From positions 1 to 50,004 of the IMG/VR virus record IMGVR_UViG_3300036857_000138: a DNA stretch of 50,004 nt, one strand, 5' to 3'. The translations under genes were made by a program, and so were the position numbers. The stretch comes from a virus. Lineage: Duplodnaviria; Caudoviricetes. Under the pieces are notes generated by a model. That model was given only the letters and a program-made list of their open reading frames with translations, was not told the origin of the DNA and did no database searches. Below, piece after piece: positions 35,803 through 44,007 of this stretch (the first letter of the stretch is position 1; the number at the start of each line of letters is the position of its first letter).

Positions 35803-37259
35803 GGTGCGGTCGGCGGCGATCGTTCGTGTTCGCGGACCGGCACCCCTTCGGCGTTGGGATCGAGCGGCGGCGGCACCGCTGCTTCGCCTTCGCCTTCCGG
35901 GGCAGGTTCACCTTCGGCACTATCACCGCCCGGTTCACCGGAGGGCGGGGCAGGCGTTTCGTCCTCCGGCTCGGGCGGCCTCGGCACGCCGAACCGGTCG
36001 GCGAGCAGGACTCGAAGCTCGGGGGTCGCCGCGATCAGCCCCGATTCGACGGCGGTTTTGAGATCGGCGATCGAGAGGGCGGCGTCCTCGACGCGGGTGT
36101 AGGTCAGCCGGGGCGGCGTCTCGTCCGGCCCCCAGTTGAGTTCGACTTCGTCTTCGATCTGGTAGGCCTGCGTCGTCGCCGCGTACCAGTCTGCGATCGC
36201 CGTCTGGGCCTGCGAGTACCAGTCGATGAACTCCGAGCCGAGTGCCCGCGACCCCGTCTCGGTCGTGCCGAGGTTGAAGAACAAGAGCAGGAACGCCTTG
36301 CTCATCTGCTCGTCGTGATAGCGGACCGAGCCGATCGTGTCGGGCAGGATGCCTTCGACCCCGGCGATTCTGAGACGGCCCTGACCGGCCCCGCCGACGT
36401 ATTCCCCGGCCCTGATTTCGGCGGCGATTTTCGCTAGCTCTTGGACCTGTTTGTCGTTGCCGTCTTCGACCTCGAACCAGGGGATACCCATGCTGTTTCG
36501 CTCGTGCTTGGTCGCGTCGAGCCGCAGTAGCCGGTCCTTGATCGCCCAGTTCGGATGACAGGATCGGAGCATCGACCGGCCGACCCAGTCGGCGTCGTCC
36601 TCGGGTTCCCAGATGTAGCCGAGCAGCCGCTCGATCCCCAGCGTCCGGCCGGTCAGCGTCTCGACCCCGAGCGCCGAGCCGTTGCCGTTGCTCGACGGGG
36701 CACCGAGGACCTGCTGCTGGATCGCCCGGAGCGCCCCGTTGTCTTCGAGGACGAAGTTCGAGATCGTCCGGGGCGGGCGGGTGCCGAGCTTTTTCAGGTG
36801 GACGAGGCCGTCGTCGCCGATCTCGTACACCTGCTCGAAGTAGTAGTGGCCGTAGCCGAGGGCCTGTAGCGCGTGGGCCAGGTGGCGGTCGTGATTGAAC
36901 CGGCCCCGCTGGCGGATCGTCGTCTGGTCTTCGCCCCGGATCGGCAGGTTGAGCGAGGCCGCGACGTGTTTCGTGACCGAGGCTTTGGCCCCGTTCGGGT
37001 CGAGTTCCCAGCGGTAGCGGCGGATCGGCAACGTCGTCGCCAGCAGCAGCCCTTTGACCTGCGCGTCGGCCTGCATCCGGCGGTAGGTGTCCGACGATTT
37101 CGGCCAGGTGAGATCGGGGGCCGTCTCGCGCTCGTCGATGAACGTTGACCACGGCAGGACCGAGCCGAGGCCCGCGATCGGCGTGCCAATGTCCGCCGGT
37201 GCGCCGACCTCGCGGGTCGGGGCCTGCTCGCCGCTCGGTGCTTTGGCGGTGTCGGCCAT
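35748..37259 (-). CDS. Portal protein (Mu gp29/DUF935-like)
   Basis: YRRMQ.DAQV, ALGYG...FEQVY, GRSMLR, ERNSMGIP, GSRALG. Confidence 0.9.
   Translation of the reverse strand: MADTAKAPSGEQAPTREVGAPADIGTPIAGLGSVLPWSTFIDERETAPDLTWPKSSDTYRRMQADAQVKGLLLATTLPIRRYRWELDPNGAKASVTKHVAASLNLPIRGEDQTTIRQRGRFNHDRHLAHALQALGYGHYYFEQVYEIGDDGLVHLKKLGTRPPRTISNFVLEDNGALRAIQQQVLGAPSSNGNGSALGVETLTGRTLGIERLLGYIWEPEDDADWVGRSMLRSCHPNWAIKDRLLRLDATKHERNSMGIPWFEVEDGNDKQVQELAKIAAEIRAGEYVGGAGQGRLRIAGVEGILPDTIGSVRYHDEQMSKAFLLLFFNLGTTETGSRALGSEFIDWYSQAQTAIADWYAATTQAYQIEDEVELNWGPDETPPRLTYTRVEDAALSIADLKTAVESGLIAATPELRVLLADRFGVPRPPEPEDETPAPPSGEPGGDSAEGEPAPEGEGEAAVPPPLDPNAEGVPVREHERSPPTAPPKVQAATAQSAGRSRRG
35756..35802 (-). other. 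Programmed -1 frameshift signal
   Basis: C CCA AAA (35802-35796) in the portal frame; 6-nt spacer; 8-bp stem GCCGCGAC/GTCGCGGC. Confidence 0.7.
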
Positions 37260-37263
37260 CGGC

Positions 37264-37980
37264 TTACGGCGCAGACTCGCGGGTCCAGGCCGTGAGCCGC
37301 CGTTCCTTGATCGTCACCGTCTGCCCGGCTTCCTTGATCATCAGCCGGACCCCGATTTCGTATTCGCCTTCGGCCAGGCCCCGGATGCAAAGGACGCCGC
37401 CTCGGCCCGCTTCGTCGGCTTTGCCGCGTTCGTTGCCGACGCTGAACGCGAACCGTTCGCCCGCCGCCCGGCCGACCGGCTGCTGATGGACCCCGCTCGC
37501 CATCCCGGTAGTGACGGTCGTCTGATCGCCGGACCCGGCGTACATGCCGATCAGCCCGGTCGCGGGGTCGGTGATCAACGGCGTCCATTTCCCGGCGGTG
37601 CCAGCGGGGATCGCCGCGCCGATGTTCTGCGGTGCGCCCCCGGCGGCCGCCGTGACCGCCGCTTTCAGTTGATTCGCGCCGATGAATATCGCCGCCCGCC
37701 CGGCGTCGAGCGCCGACTCTTTCCAAAGCGCTTCGTAGTGGACGAAGATCAGGCCGCCCGCGAGGACTTTGAGTTTGCCGAGCTTGTCGGCGGTTTCTTG
37801 ATAGGTGCCCGCGCCGGTCGAGATCGCCTGTTCACCGGTGTTCTGTTTCTGTAGTAGCTGGCCCCCTCGTAGGAGGAACTTCTCGACCAGTTCGTCGAGC
37901 GCTTTGATCTGCGCCGGGGCGTTCGGCGCGTCGGCATCGACGGGGTACGGGAGTTTGAGCCGAGTAGTTTCGCCGGGCAC
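37264..37980 (-). CDS. Minor tail/fiber-like virion protein located between terminase and portal
   Basis: N-terminus TTRLKLPYP...D....QIKAL...V resembles actinophage tail-fiber anchors. Confidence 0.6.
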   Translation of the reverse strand: MPGETTRLKLPYPVDADAPNAPAQIKALDELVEKFLLRGGQLLQKQNTGEQAISTGAGTYQETADKLGKLKVLAGGLIFVHYEALWKESALDAGRAAIFIGANQLKAAVTAAAGGAPQNIGAAIPAGTAGKWTPLITDPATGLIGMYAGSGDQTTVTTGMASGVHQQPVGRAAGERFAFSVGNERGKADEAGRGGVLCIRGLAEGEYEIGVRLMIKEAGQTVTIKERRLTAWTRESAP

Positions 37981-37986
37981 GAGACG

Positions 37987-38011
37987 AGCCTAGCTAGCGC
38001 GTCGGCCCCCC
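37987..38011 (-). promoter_or_regulatory. Late promoter (leaderless)
   Basis: GGGGGGC-N12-TAGGCT-N6-GTG. Confidence 0.65.
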
Positions 38012-38178
38012 TGTTCGATCTCCGAGCGGACGGTCGCCGCGACCTCGTAAAGCATCCGAGTTATCTCGGCGCAGGTGAACTCGGCGTCGGGATCGGCCTC
38101 CGAGAACGTCGCCGCGACCCCCCGTATCGCCCGCTCGGCGATCTTCGCCGCGAACTCGATCCGGTCGTCGTCGGTCAT
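37990..38178 (-). CDS. Hypothetical protein
   Basis: Resembles 9292..9519. Confidence 0.6.
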   Translation of the reverse strand: MTDDDRIEFAAKIAERAIRGVAATFSEADPDAEFTCAEITRMLYEVAATVRSEIEQGGRRAS

Positions 38179-38223
38179 AGGTGCGAGCGACGGACGGAAG
38201 GGACCGCCGCCCGCCCGCCGAAC

Positions 38224-38358
38224 CTAGCCAGGGCGAGGACCCCCCACGTTGGCCGCCAGGACGAGCAGGGCGAGGACGAGGAAGAGCAGCGCCGCGAAGC
38301 GGAACCCGAGCAGGGCGAGGACGAGCGCCCCGAGCAGCAGGATCGCCGCAGGCCTCAA
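38224..38358 (-). CDS. Small membrane protein
   Basis: TTGA overlap with the terminase stop; very hydrophobic 44 aa. Confidence 0.55.
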   Translation of the reverse strand: MRPAAILLLGALVLALLGFRFAALLFLVLALLVLAANVGGPRPG

Positions 38359-39743
38359 AGCTCGCGGTCGAGCAGGTCGGACGTGATCCCGGTCCCCGGC
38401 TGGCTGATCACGACGGGGCGGACGGCGGCGTCGATCAGCAGGTCGGTGAAACTCCAAACGAGGGCGTCGAGCCGATTCGGCGAGGCTTCGCCGGTGCCGG
38501 GCACGTAGGTCGTCAACTCGGACTCAAGCTCGGCGAACGCGCCGACGTGATGGACCCTGCCCTTCTCGTAGAGAGCGGCCACCGGCTCGGCCCGGACCTG
38601 CTTGCCCCGGCTCGCCCAGACCGATTTGTAGGGCACGTTCGGATCGACCTGCCGCAGGACCGACTCGACCATGTCGCCGCCGAAGTTGCGCTCGCCGACG
38701 ATCCGGTCAGCCCCGAGTTCGCGGTACAACTCGATCGCCGCCGTCGCCCAGCCGGTCGGGGTGTAGTTGCCGGAACGGTCGGCCAGGACGTAGCCCTCGC
38801 CGGTGTGATCGGTTGACGCGGCAACTATCCCCGTCTCGTCGCCTTCGACCGAACCGGCGGGGTCGATCGCCACCACGACCCGGCGCTCGATCCGCTCGGG
38901 GTCGGCCTCGACCCGGTTGCGCTCGATCAGGTCGAGCGTCCATAGGGCACCGGCCACGTCTTCGAGGATCACCCCGCCTAGCTCTTGCAGTCCGAGCCGC
39001 GTCCCGCCCCAGCGCCGTTCCCAGTCCTCGACGACGGCAGGCTCAAGGTTGGCGCGGTTCGCTTCGAGCGTCGGATGCGTGAAGCAGACCCGGCCCGCCG
39101 GTTCTTCGAGCAGGATCGCCACGACGCCTTTGCGCCCCTTCGGCGTGCCGGTGGCGATGATCAGCGCCGGGGCCTCGCGGACCGCGAACTCGATCGACTC
39201 GATCCAGGCTTTGACCCCGCCGGTCGGTTCGCCCTGCTTGCCGAGCTTGACCCCGCGCCATAGCCCGACCTCGTCGCACCACGCCCCCTTGAGTTCTTTC
39301 CCCTGAATCCGCTCGCCGCCTTCGTTCGCACCGTCCGCGAATATCGTCGCGCCGTTCGAGACGTGAAGCTCGCCGATCGAGCGGTTCCAGTTGAGGACGG
39401 CAGGCCCGAGGACTTTGAGCAGACCCGAGCGGCGATGCTCGACCATCGTGTCGCGGGCGTCGCCGTAGGTCGGGCCGACGACGGCCCAGTCGCCCGGCGG
39501 GTTGGTCAGGACAAGCTCGGCGAGCGTCTCTGCGCCGGTGCGCGTCTTGCCCGAGCCTCGCGCCCCCTGCACGAACCAGACGCGCCGCCAGCGGCCCGAG
39601 GGCGGCGTCTGGCCGGGGTTAGCGCCGCGCCGCCAGCGATCGCCTTCAAGCCTGCCCAGCAGCCGCAGACGATCCGTTACCGGCCACGTCCGCCAGTTGC
39701 GAGGCAAGCCGATCGACTTCCCCGAGTGCGGAGTCGAGGGCAT
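38355..39743 (-). CDS. terL: Terminase large subunit
   Basis: GARGSGKT (Walker A), AWCDE (Walker B), TGTP, AIDPA, SPNRLDA. Confidence 0.95.
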   Translation of the reverse strand: MPSTPHSGKSIGLPRNWRTWPVTDRLRLLGRLEGDRWRRGANPGQTPPSGRWRRVWFVQGARGSGKTRTGAETLAELVLTNPPGDWAVVGPTYGDARDTMVEHRRSGLLKVLGPAVLNWNRSIGELHVSNGATIFADGANEGGERIQGKELKGAWCDEVGLWRGVKLGKQGEPTGGVKAWIESIEFAVREAPALIIATGTPKGRKGVVAILLEEPAGRVCFTHPTLEANRANLEPAVVEDWERRWGGTRLGLQELGGVILEDVAGALWTLDLIERNRVEADPERIERRVVVAIDPAGSVEGDETGIVAASTDHTGEGYVLADRSGNYTPTGWATAAIELYRELGADRIVGERNFGGDMVESVLRQVDPNVPYKSVWASRGKQVRAEPVAALYEKGRVHHVGAFAELESELTTYVPGTGEASPNRLDALVWSFTDLLIDAAVRPVVISQPGTGITSDLLDREL

Positions 39744-40092
39744 CGTTGATCCCTTGCTCGTGCGAGTGCGTCACCGTCCCGCCGTGTTCGACGTACTGCG
39801 ATTCTCGATAGACCTCCGGCCGCCGAGCCTTGAGCAGGAAGATCACGAGCGTCGTGTCGCCGTCGCGTGCCCGCTTGTAGGCGACCTGCTCAAGTTCCTC
39901 GGTTGACCACTCTTCGACCTCGGCCCAGCGGGCGGCGAAGTCTTCGTCCTCGGCCCGGTGTCGGTACACCGTCGCCTTCGACACCCCGGCCGCCTTCGCT
40001 GCCTCGGTGACGATGCCGGAGTCCTCGAAGACCTTGAGAAACCGATCGTGCCAGGCGTCTTTTTTTCGCGTCTCGGTCGGCTCGGCGGTCAC
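39646..40092 (-). CDS. terS: Terminase small subunit
   Basis: FL......G.VT.AAKAAGVSKATVY.HR..D..F...W; LLKARRPEVY; directly before TerL. Confidence 0.88.
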   Translation of the reverse strand: MTAEPTETRKKDAWHDRFLKVFEDSGIVTEAAKAAGVSKATVYRHRAEDEDFAARWAEVEEWSTEELEQVAYKRARDGDTTLVIFLLKARRPEVYRESQYVEHGGTVTHSHEQGINDALDSALGEVDRLASQLADVAGNGSSAAAGQA

Positions 40093-40667
40093 GCCTTGAT
40101 CCTACGGCGGCGTTTCACCCCCGGCCGGTTGAGGTCGGCGAGATTCGCGCTCGGTGCGCGGGTCGGCAGACCGGCCGCTTCGAGCGCCGCGTTCCAGGTG
40201 CCGAAGACTCGCGTCACCGTTCGAGCGGGCGGGCGATGCTTCTCCCAGTTCCGAGCGCTGGGCGGCTCACCCCTTCGCCTCGTAGCGTCCCGTAGGGCCG
40301 CGATGATCGCCCTCTTCGTCCAGACCGGAACCGCAATGCCTCCCCCGTCTGCGGATAGGTCACGTTGCAGGCCTCGGTAGTGATCGCTGGAAAGCGGGGC
40401 GTCGGGATAGCGGCCTCGGTACTCGGCCGCCGTGACGCCGTGGCGAAGTTCAAGGTGCCGACCGGCGACGACATGCAGGGCCGCCCCGCAGATTCGGCAG
40501 GCGACCGTCCCGCTCGCCGGTGCGCCGTAGGCCTCGCGGGCCGCCTCGTTGTTGCAGTCTCGACACCGATCTCGCCGACCGTCTGGGCGATACCGGTGAG
40601 GCCCGAACTCGTCGAGCGGTTTCCGTCTGCCGCAACGCGAGCAGCGTTTCAGTTTCCGATCAGCCAC
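40089..40667 (-). CDS. Multi-domain DNA-binding protein (Zn finger, MucR-like finger, homing-endonuclease-associated repeat)
   Basis: CSRC..CRDC; CRICG...HL..RHG.T..EYR; W....II.AL...P....VFGTWNAALEAAGL; leaderless GTG 6 nt after TACAAT. Confidence 0.75.
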   Translation of the reverse strand: MADRKLKRCSRCGRRKPLDEFGPHRYRPDGRRDRCRDCNNEAAREAYGAPASGTVACRICGAALHVVAGRHLELRHGVTAAEYRGRYPDAPLSSDHYRGLQRDLSADGGGIAVPVWTKRAIIAALRDATRRRGEPPSARNWEKHRPPARTVTRVFGTWNAALEAAGLPTRAPSANLADLNRPGVKRRRRIKA

Positions 40668-40707
40668 TCGGGCATTGTACGCCGCCGGGCCGGGTAGGTT
40701 GGGGGCC

Positions 40708-40821
40708 ATGATCCCCGTCGCCGCCTACGGCATCGTCGGCCTGCTGATCACGATCGTCGTCATCGTCCTCGTCGTCTATCTGATCATCGTCCTGCTCAAC
40801 GCCCTGCGGGGCGGGGCCTAG
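40708..40821 (+). CDS. 37-aa membrane peptide on the opposite strand
   Basis: MIPVAAYGIVGLLITIVVIVLVVYLIIVLLNALRGGA; ATG 7 nt after TAGGTT; hairpin follows the stop. Confidence 0.7.
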   Translation: MIPVAAYGIVGLLITIVVIVLVVYLIIVLLNALRGGA

Positions 40822-40827
40822 ATACAC

Positions 40828-40853
40828 GAAGGCCGCCTCGGTGGGCGGCCCTC
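40828..40853. terminator. Hairpin between convergent genes
   Basis: GGCCGCC...GGCGGCC stem. Confidence 0.55.
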
Positions 40854-40883
40854 GGGTTGCGGTGCGGTGATTCGGTCTGGCTC

Positions 40884-41522
40884 TTAGCGGGTGACGACTA
40901 GGACCTCGCCGATCGGCGCTTCGTCGCCCTCGTCGTCTTCGCGGTTGAGCGCGATCGACTGCCGATGGCCCGGCTTGGCGACCTTGCCGTCTTCGGCGGC
41001 GCTGGCGAGCGTCTCGAAGAGCGAGGCGAGGACTTCCTCGCGCTCGCCGGTGTACTCGATCTCGATCGTGATCGTCTCGGCCTTCGCCGGGTAGCTCGGG
41101 GCCTGCGCGGCGGCGGCCTTCGCCTCGTCCTCGGTCGCGTGATCGCTCAGAACCTCGAACGTCTGGTCGGGCCGGTTGCGCCGGACCTGCCAGGGCCGCG
41201 AGTCGTTTTCGCGGCTCGTGAGCCGGACGTAGGGATGGCCCTGACTGGCTCGCAGGGCCTCGGTCATTCCGTTGTCGTCGCCGCGCTCGAAGCGCCGTTC
41301 TTCCTCACCCTCGCGGACGAGGTCGGTGACGATGCCGTTCTGGGCGATCGCCAGCAGGACCGTTTCGGTTTCCTCGCGGCAGAGCCGGTAGCGGCCCTCG
41401 GTCAGTTCGCTATGACCCTTGAGCGCGTCGAGCATCTGCTCGTAGGTCGTCTCGGCCGGGAAGGCCATCGGAATATCGTCGGGCGTGTAGATGACGAACG
41501 GACTCGTCGGCTGCTGATTCAT
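40884..41522 (-). CDS. Acidic hypothetical protein
   Basis: GAGGGGGA SD; first gene after promoter copy E. Confidence 0.72.
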   Translation of the reverse strand: MNQQPTSPFVIYTPDDIPMAFPAETTYEQMLDALKGHSELTEGRYRLCREETETVLLAIAQNGIVTDLVREGEEERRFERGDDNGMTEALRASQGHPYVRLTSRENDSRPWQVRRNRPDQTFEVLSDHATEDEAKAAAAQAPSYPAKAETITIEIEYTGEREEVLASLFETLASAAEDGKVAKPGHRQSIALNREDDEGDEAPIGEVLVVTR

Positions 41523-41544
41523 GTCGTTCCCCCTCGGGGTCGTA

Positions 41545-41593
41545 GGATCAATCACGCCCCGTAGGTTAGCAGACTCGGTTGCTGATCGGCAAC
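41545..41593 (-). promoter_or_regulatory. Early promoter/operator, copy E
   Basis: Palindrome 41578-41593 (1 mismatch); TTGCCG-N18-TAACCT; 7 nt; GTGATTGATCC. Confidence 0.85.
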
Positions 41594-42510
41594 TAGGCCG
41601 GGGCCTGCAAGACGCCCAGTACCGAGAGCGCCTCGTCGGTGTAGGGCCAACCGTCGATCAGCGGCACCTTGCTCGGCGAGGACCCGCCCGCCCGCCAGTT
41701 GAACCGGGTCGGCGTCTCGCCCGCCCGCCAGGCGTTCCAGGCCAGGATGATGATCTGCATCGCCTCTTTCAGCGAGAGGTCATCCCGACGATTCTTCGAG
41801 GCGATCGAGCGCAAGAGCCGATCGCGTACGACGAGCCGGGGATCGCCCGTAGCTGGCGCGGCCTCGTCGTCGGTGCCGGTCGTCAAGACGGCGAGGAAGG
41901 CCCGAGCGTCGTCGTTGTCGATGTAGTTGAGGACGTAGGAGAGGGTGCAGGACTGCGACGGGGTCAGCGCCGGGACCTGTAGGGCGTGAGTGTGATCCTG
42001 CATCCCCGGATGGCGATCGAGAACGTCGGCGGCCTCGCGGTAGGTGAACTGCCGGGTCTGAGCGCCCATCCCCCCGGCGAGGATGCCCCGCGTCTCAAGA
42101 ATCCATATCGAGCGGGCCATCGCCGCGATCGACTTCGCGTTCGGGACCTCGTGCAGGTAGAAAATGTCGGCGATCGTCCGGTAGATGCCCCGATCCCCTA
42201 CGTCGCTGGCGACCGCCGGGACGCCCTCGACGATCAGGAACGGGACCGTCCGCCCGGACCGCAGGACGGCGGCGAGCCGGTGCTGCCCGTTGCGGAGCGT
42301 GCCCTCGTCGTCGATGGCGATCGCGTCCCAGCTAAGGTCCCAGCGCCCGGCGTCCATTTCGGCGGCGTAGGCCGCGACCTTGCTATCGCGTTGCGAGCGA
42401 TTCTCGGAGTTGCGCCGGAGCAACTCGGCGGCTTTCTTCGGCGTGACCTGCGCGATGCGGACCTTCGGCGCGGAGCCTTTTCGCCCGTTTCCTGCCGTAC
42501 CGTTTCCCAT
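41593..42510 (-). CDS. ParB/Srx-like N-terminal domain protein
   Basis: VTP..A.ELL..N..NR...V..YA.EM..G.W...I.ID..G.L.NGQHRL.A; AGGAGG SD. Confidence 0.8.
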   Translation of the reverse strand: MGNGTAGNGRKGSAPKVRIAQVTPKKAAELLRRNSENRSQRDSKVAAYAAEMDAGRWDLSWDAIAIDDEGTLRNGQHRLAAVLRSGRTVPFLIVEGVPAVASDVGDRGIYRTIADIFYLHEVPNAKSIAAMARSIWILETRGILAGGMGAQTRQFTYREAADVLDRHPGMQDHTHALQVPALTPSQSCTLSYVLNYIDNDDARAFLAVLTTGTDDEAAPATGDPRLVVRDRLLRSIASKNRRDDLSLKEAMQIIILAWNAWRAGETPTRFNWRAGGSSPSKVPLIDGWPYTDEALSVLGVLQAPA

Positions 42511-42611
42511 CGTTGACCTCCTATGTAGGTCTTCCGACCCCCGGCCGTTGGTGGCGGTGCGGGGGTCATTTTGTTTCCGCTCGGCATCCTAGCGCCGAGC
42601 GCGGCGGTTGG

Positions 42612-42863
42612 CTAGGCCGGTTCGCCGACCTCGGGTTCGACCCCGGCAGAATCGTCGGCTTTGGCCTCGGCCTCGGCTTTCTTCGGCCGCCCGCCGGGCC
42701 GCCGGTCGTTGCGTTCGTGCGCTTCAAGGTGCCGCCGCCGGTAGTCCTGCTGGCGCGGGTCGATCAGGATCGCCGCTCCGCATTGCTTGCAGATGACGAG
42801 GCCGACTCGCGCCCCCTCGGCGCTGAATGCGATCCCCGGCTCGAAGGCGTGTTCGAGGTTCAT
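42612..42863 (-). CDS. Small zinc-finger protein
   Basis: CKQCGA...H...H; strong SD. Confidence 0.65.
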   Translation of the reverse strand: MNLEHAFEPGIAFSAEGARVGLVICKQCGAAILIDPRQQDYRRRHLEAHERNDRRPGGRPKKAEAEAKADDSAGVEPEVGEPA

Positions 42864-42882
42864 CGTGACTCCCTTCCGTTGG

Positions 42883-43089
42883 CTATTGCTCGGACCCGGC
42901 CGCCTCGCGGATCGGTTTCCAATGCTCGGTCCGTTCGAGCTTTCGCAGGTAGGCGTCCGTCTGATCGCGGGGATCGACCGGCGTCTGATTTGCGACTTCC
43001 TGCTCGGCCCCCTCGGCTCGCGCTCGGTCCCGGCGTGCCAACTCGTCGGCGGCGGGGATCGAGGCGTTCGAGCGGTTCCGTTCGGTCAT
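42883..43089 (-). CDS. Hypothetical protein
   Basis: ATGA overlap. Confidence 0.5.
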   Translation of the reverse strand: MTERNRSNASIPAADELARRDRARAEGAEQEVANQTPVDPRDQTDAYLRKLERTEHWKPIREAAGSEQ

Positions 43090-43289
43090 CGGCCTACACG
43101 GTATTCGAGCCGCGCTCGTCGTGCCGGGGCCAGGTGGCCGGGGCACTCGTTGATCGAGAGGCCGATGATCGCCTCGGCGCTCAGTCCGCAGACTTCGCAG
43201 AACTGGGTCCGGGCATCGAACTCGTGCCGGTGTTCGGGCGTCCTCGTCGGCGGCTTCGGTGCCCGCTGCATCGCCCGACGAGTTCGCAT
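43086..43289 (-). CDS. Small Cys/His protein
   Basis: HEF...CEVCG...CPG. Confidence 0.55.
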   Translation of the reverse strand: MRTRRAMQRAPKPPTRTPEHRHEFDARTQFCEVCGLSAEAIIGLSINECPGHLAPARRARLEYRVGR

Positions 43290-43294
43290 TCGTC

Positions 43295-43771
43295 CTACCC
43301 CTCTAGCGACGCCGCCAGCCGTTCAAGGTGTTCGTCGAAGCCCTCGATCGCGCCGGTGATCACGGTCAGCCGGTCGAGGTCGGGGTTCTGGTCGGCGATC
43401 GCTTCGGCGATGGCGCGAGCGGTCGGCTCACCGTCCCAGAACGGCCAGGGTCCATGCTCGGCGCATATCTCGCGCACCCCCTCGAAGGTCACGGCGGCGA
43501 GCTTTCGTTCGACCGCGAGGTACTCGTTGAAGCCAGCCTCGGCCGCCGTCGCCGCGAGATCGACGAACGGCCTCGGAACGGTGTCAAGGGCGAAGCGGTG
43601 GGCAACCTCGGGCAGGCTGGCATCGACCGATGCGCCGTGATCGGCGGCGATCCGGTGCGGCCCGGCCTCGGCCGCGTAGAGGAACGTCCGCTCGGCGACC
43701 TTCGCCCCCTCGCGCTCGATTCGGGTGCCGCGACTGAGCCGGATGATCTGCGCGTGTAGATCGCCGGTCAC
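43295..43771 (-). CDS. Hypothetical protein
   Basis: GTGA overlap; protein-like composition. Confidence 0.65.
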   Translation of the reverse strand: MTGDLHAQIIRLSRGTRIEREGAKVAERTFLYAAEAGPHRIAADHGASVDASLPEVAHRFALDTVPRPFVDLAATAAEAGFNEYLAVERKLAAVTFEGVREICAEHGPWPFWDGEPTARAIAEAIADQNPDLDRLTVITGAIEGFDEHLERLAASLEG

Positions 43772-44007
43772 GACCCCGAGGCTACGCTCGGGTCCGACCC
43801 CCCGAGCAGGTCGGTTTGCTTGAGCGCGTAGCGCGGTGGCGACCCCCGCACGAGTTCGACATTCTCCGAGGCGATCAGCCGGGTCAGGCCCGAGATCGTC
43901 CGAGCGTAGGAGAGGCCCGAGGCCTGCATGATCTCGACGACCGCATGTTGGCCCCGGTGCAGGACCTTGACGATCGCTTCCTCGTCACCCTTGCTTGTCA
44001 CCGGCAT
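43768..44007 (-). CDS. Small winged-helix protein
   Basis: EIMQASGLSYARTISGLTRL...V.LV...RY. Confidence 0.6.
   Translation of the reverse strand: MPVTSKGDEEAIVKVLHRGQHAVVEIMQASGLSYARTISGLTRLIASENVELVRGSPPRYALKQTDLLGGSDPSVASGS

Noticed and set aside
35935-37152. 405-aa alternate-frame ORF inside portal
   Set aside because: Arg/Pro/Gly-rich shadow frame; it is separated from the MuF reading frame by several stops at 35937-35914.
41593-42510. DndB/phosphorothioate system suggested by NGQHR
   Set aside because: No other dnd genes; the motif context fits the common phage ParB-like family.
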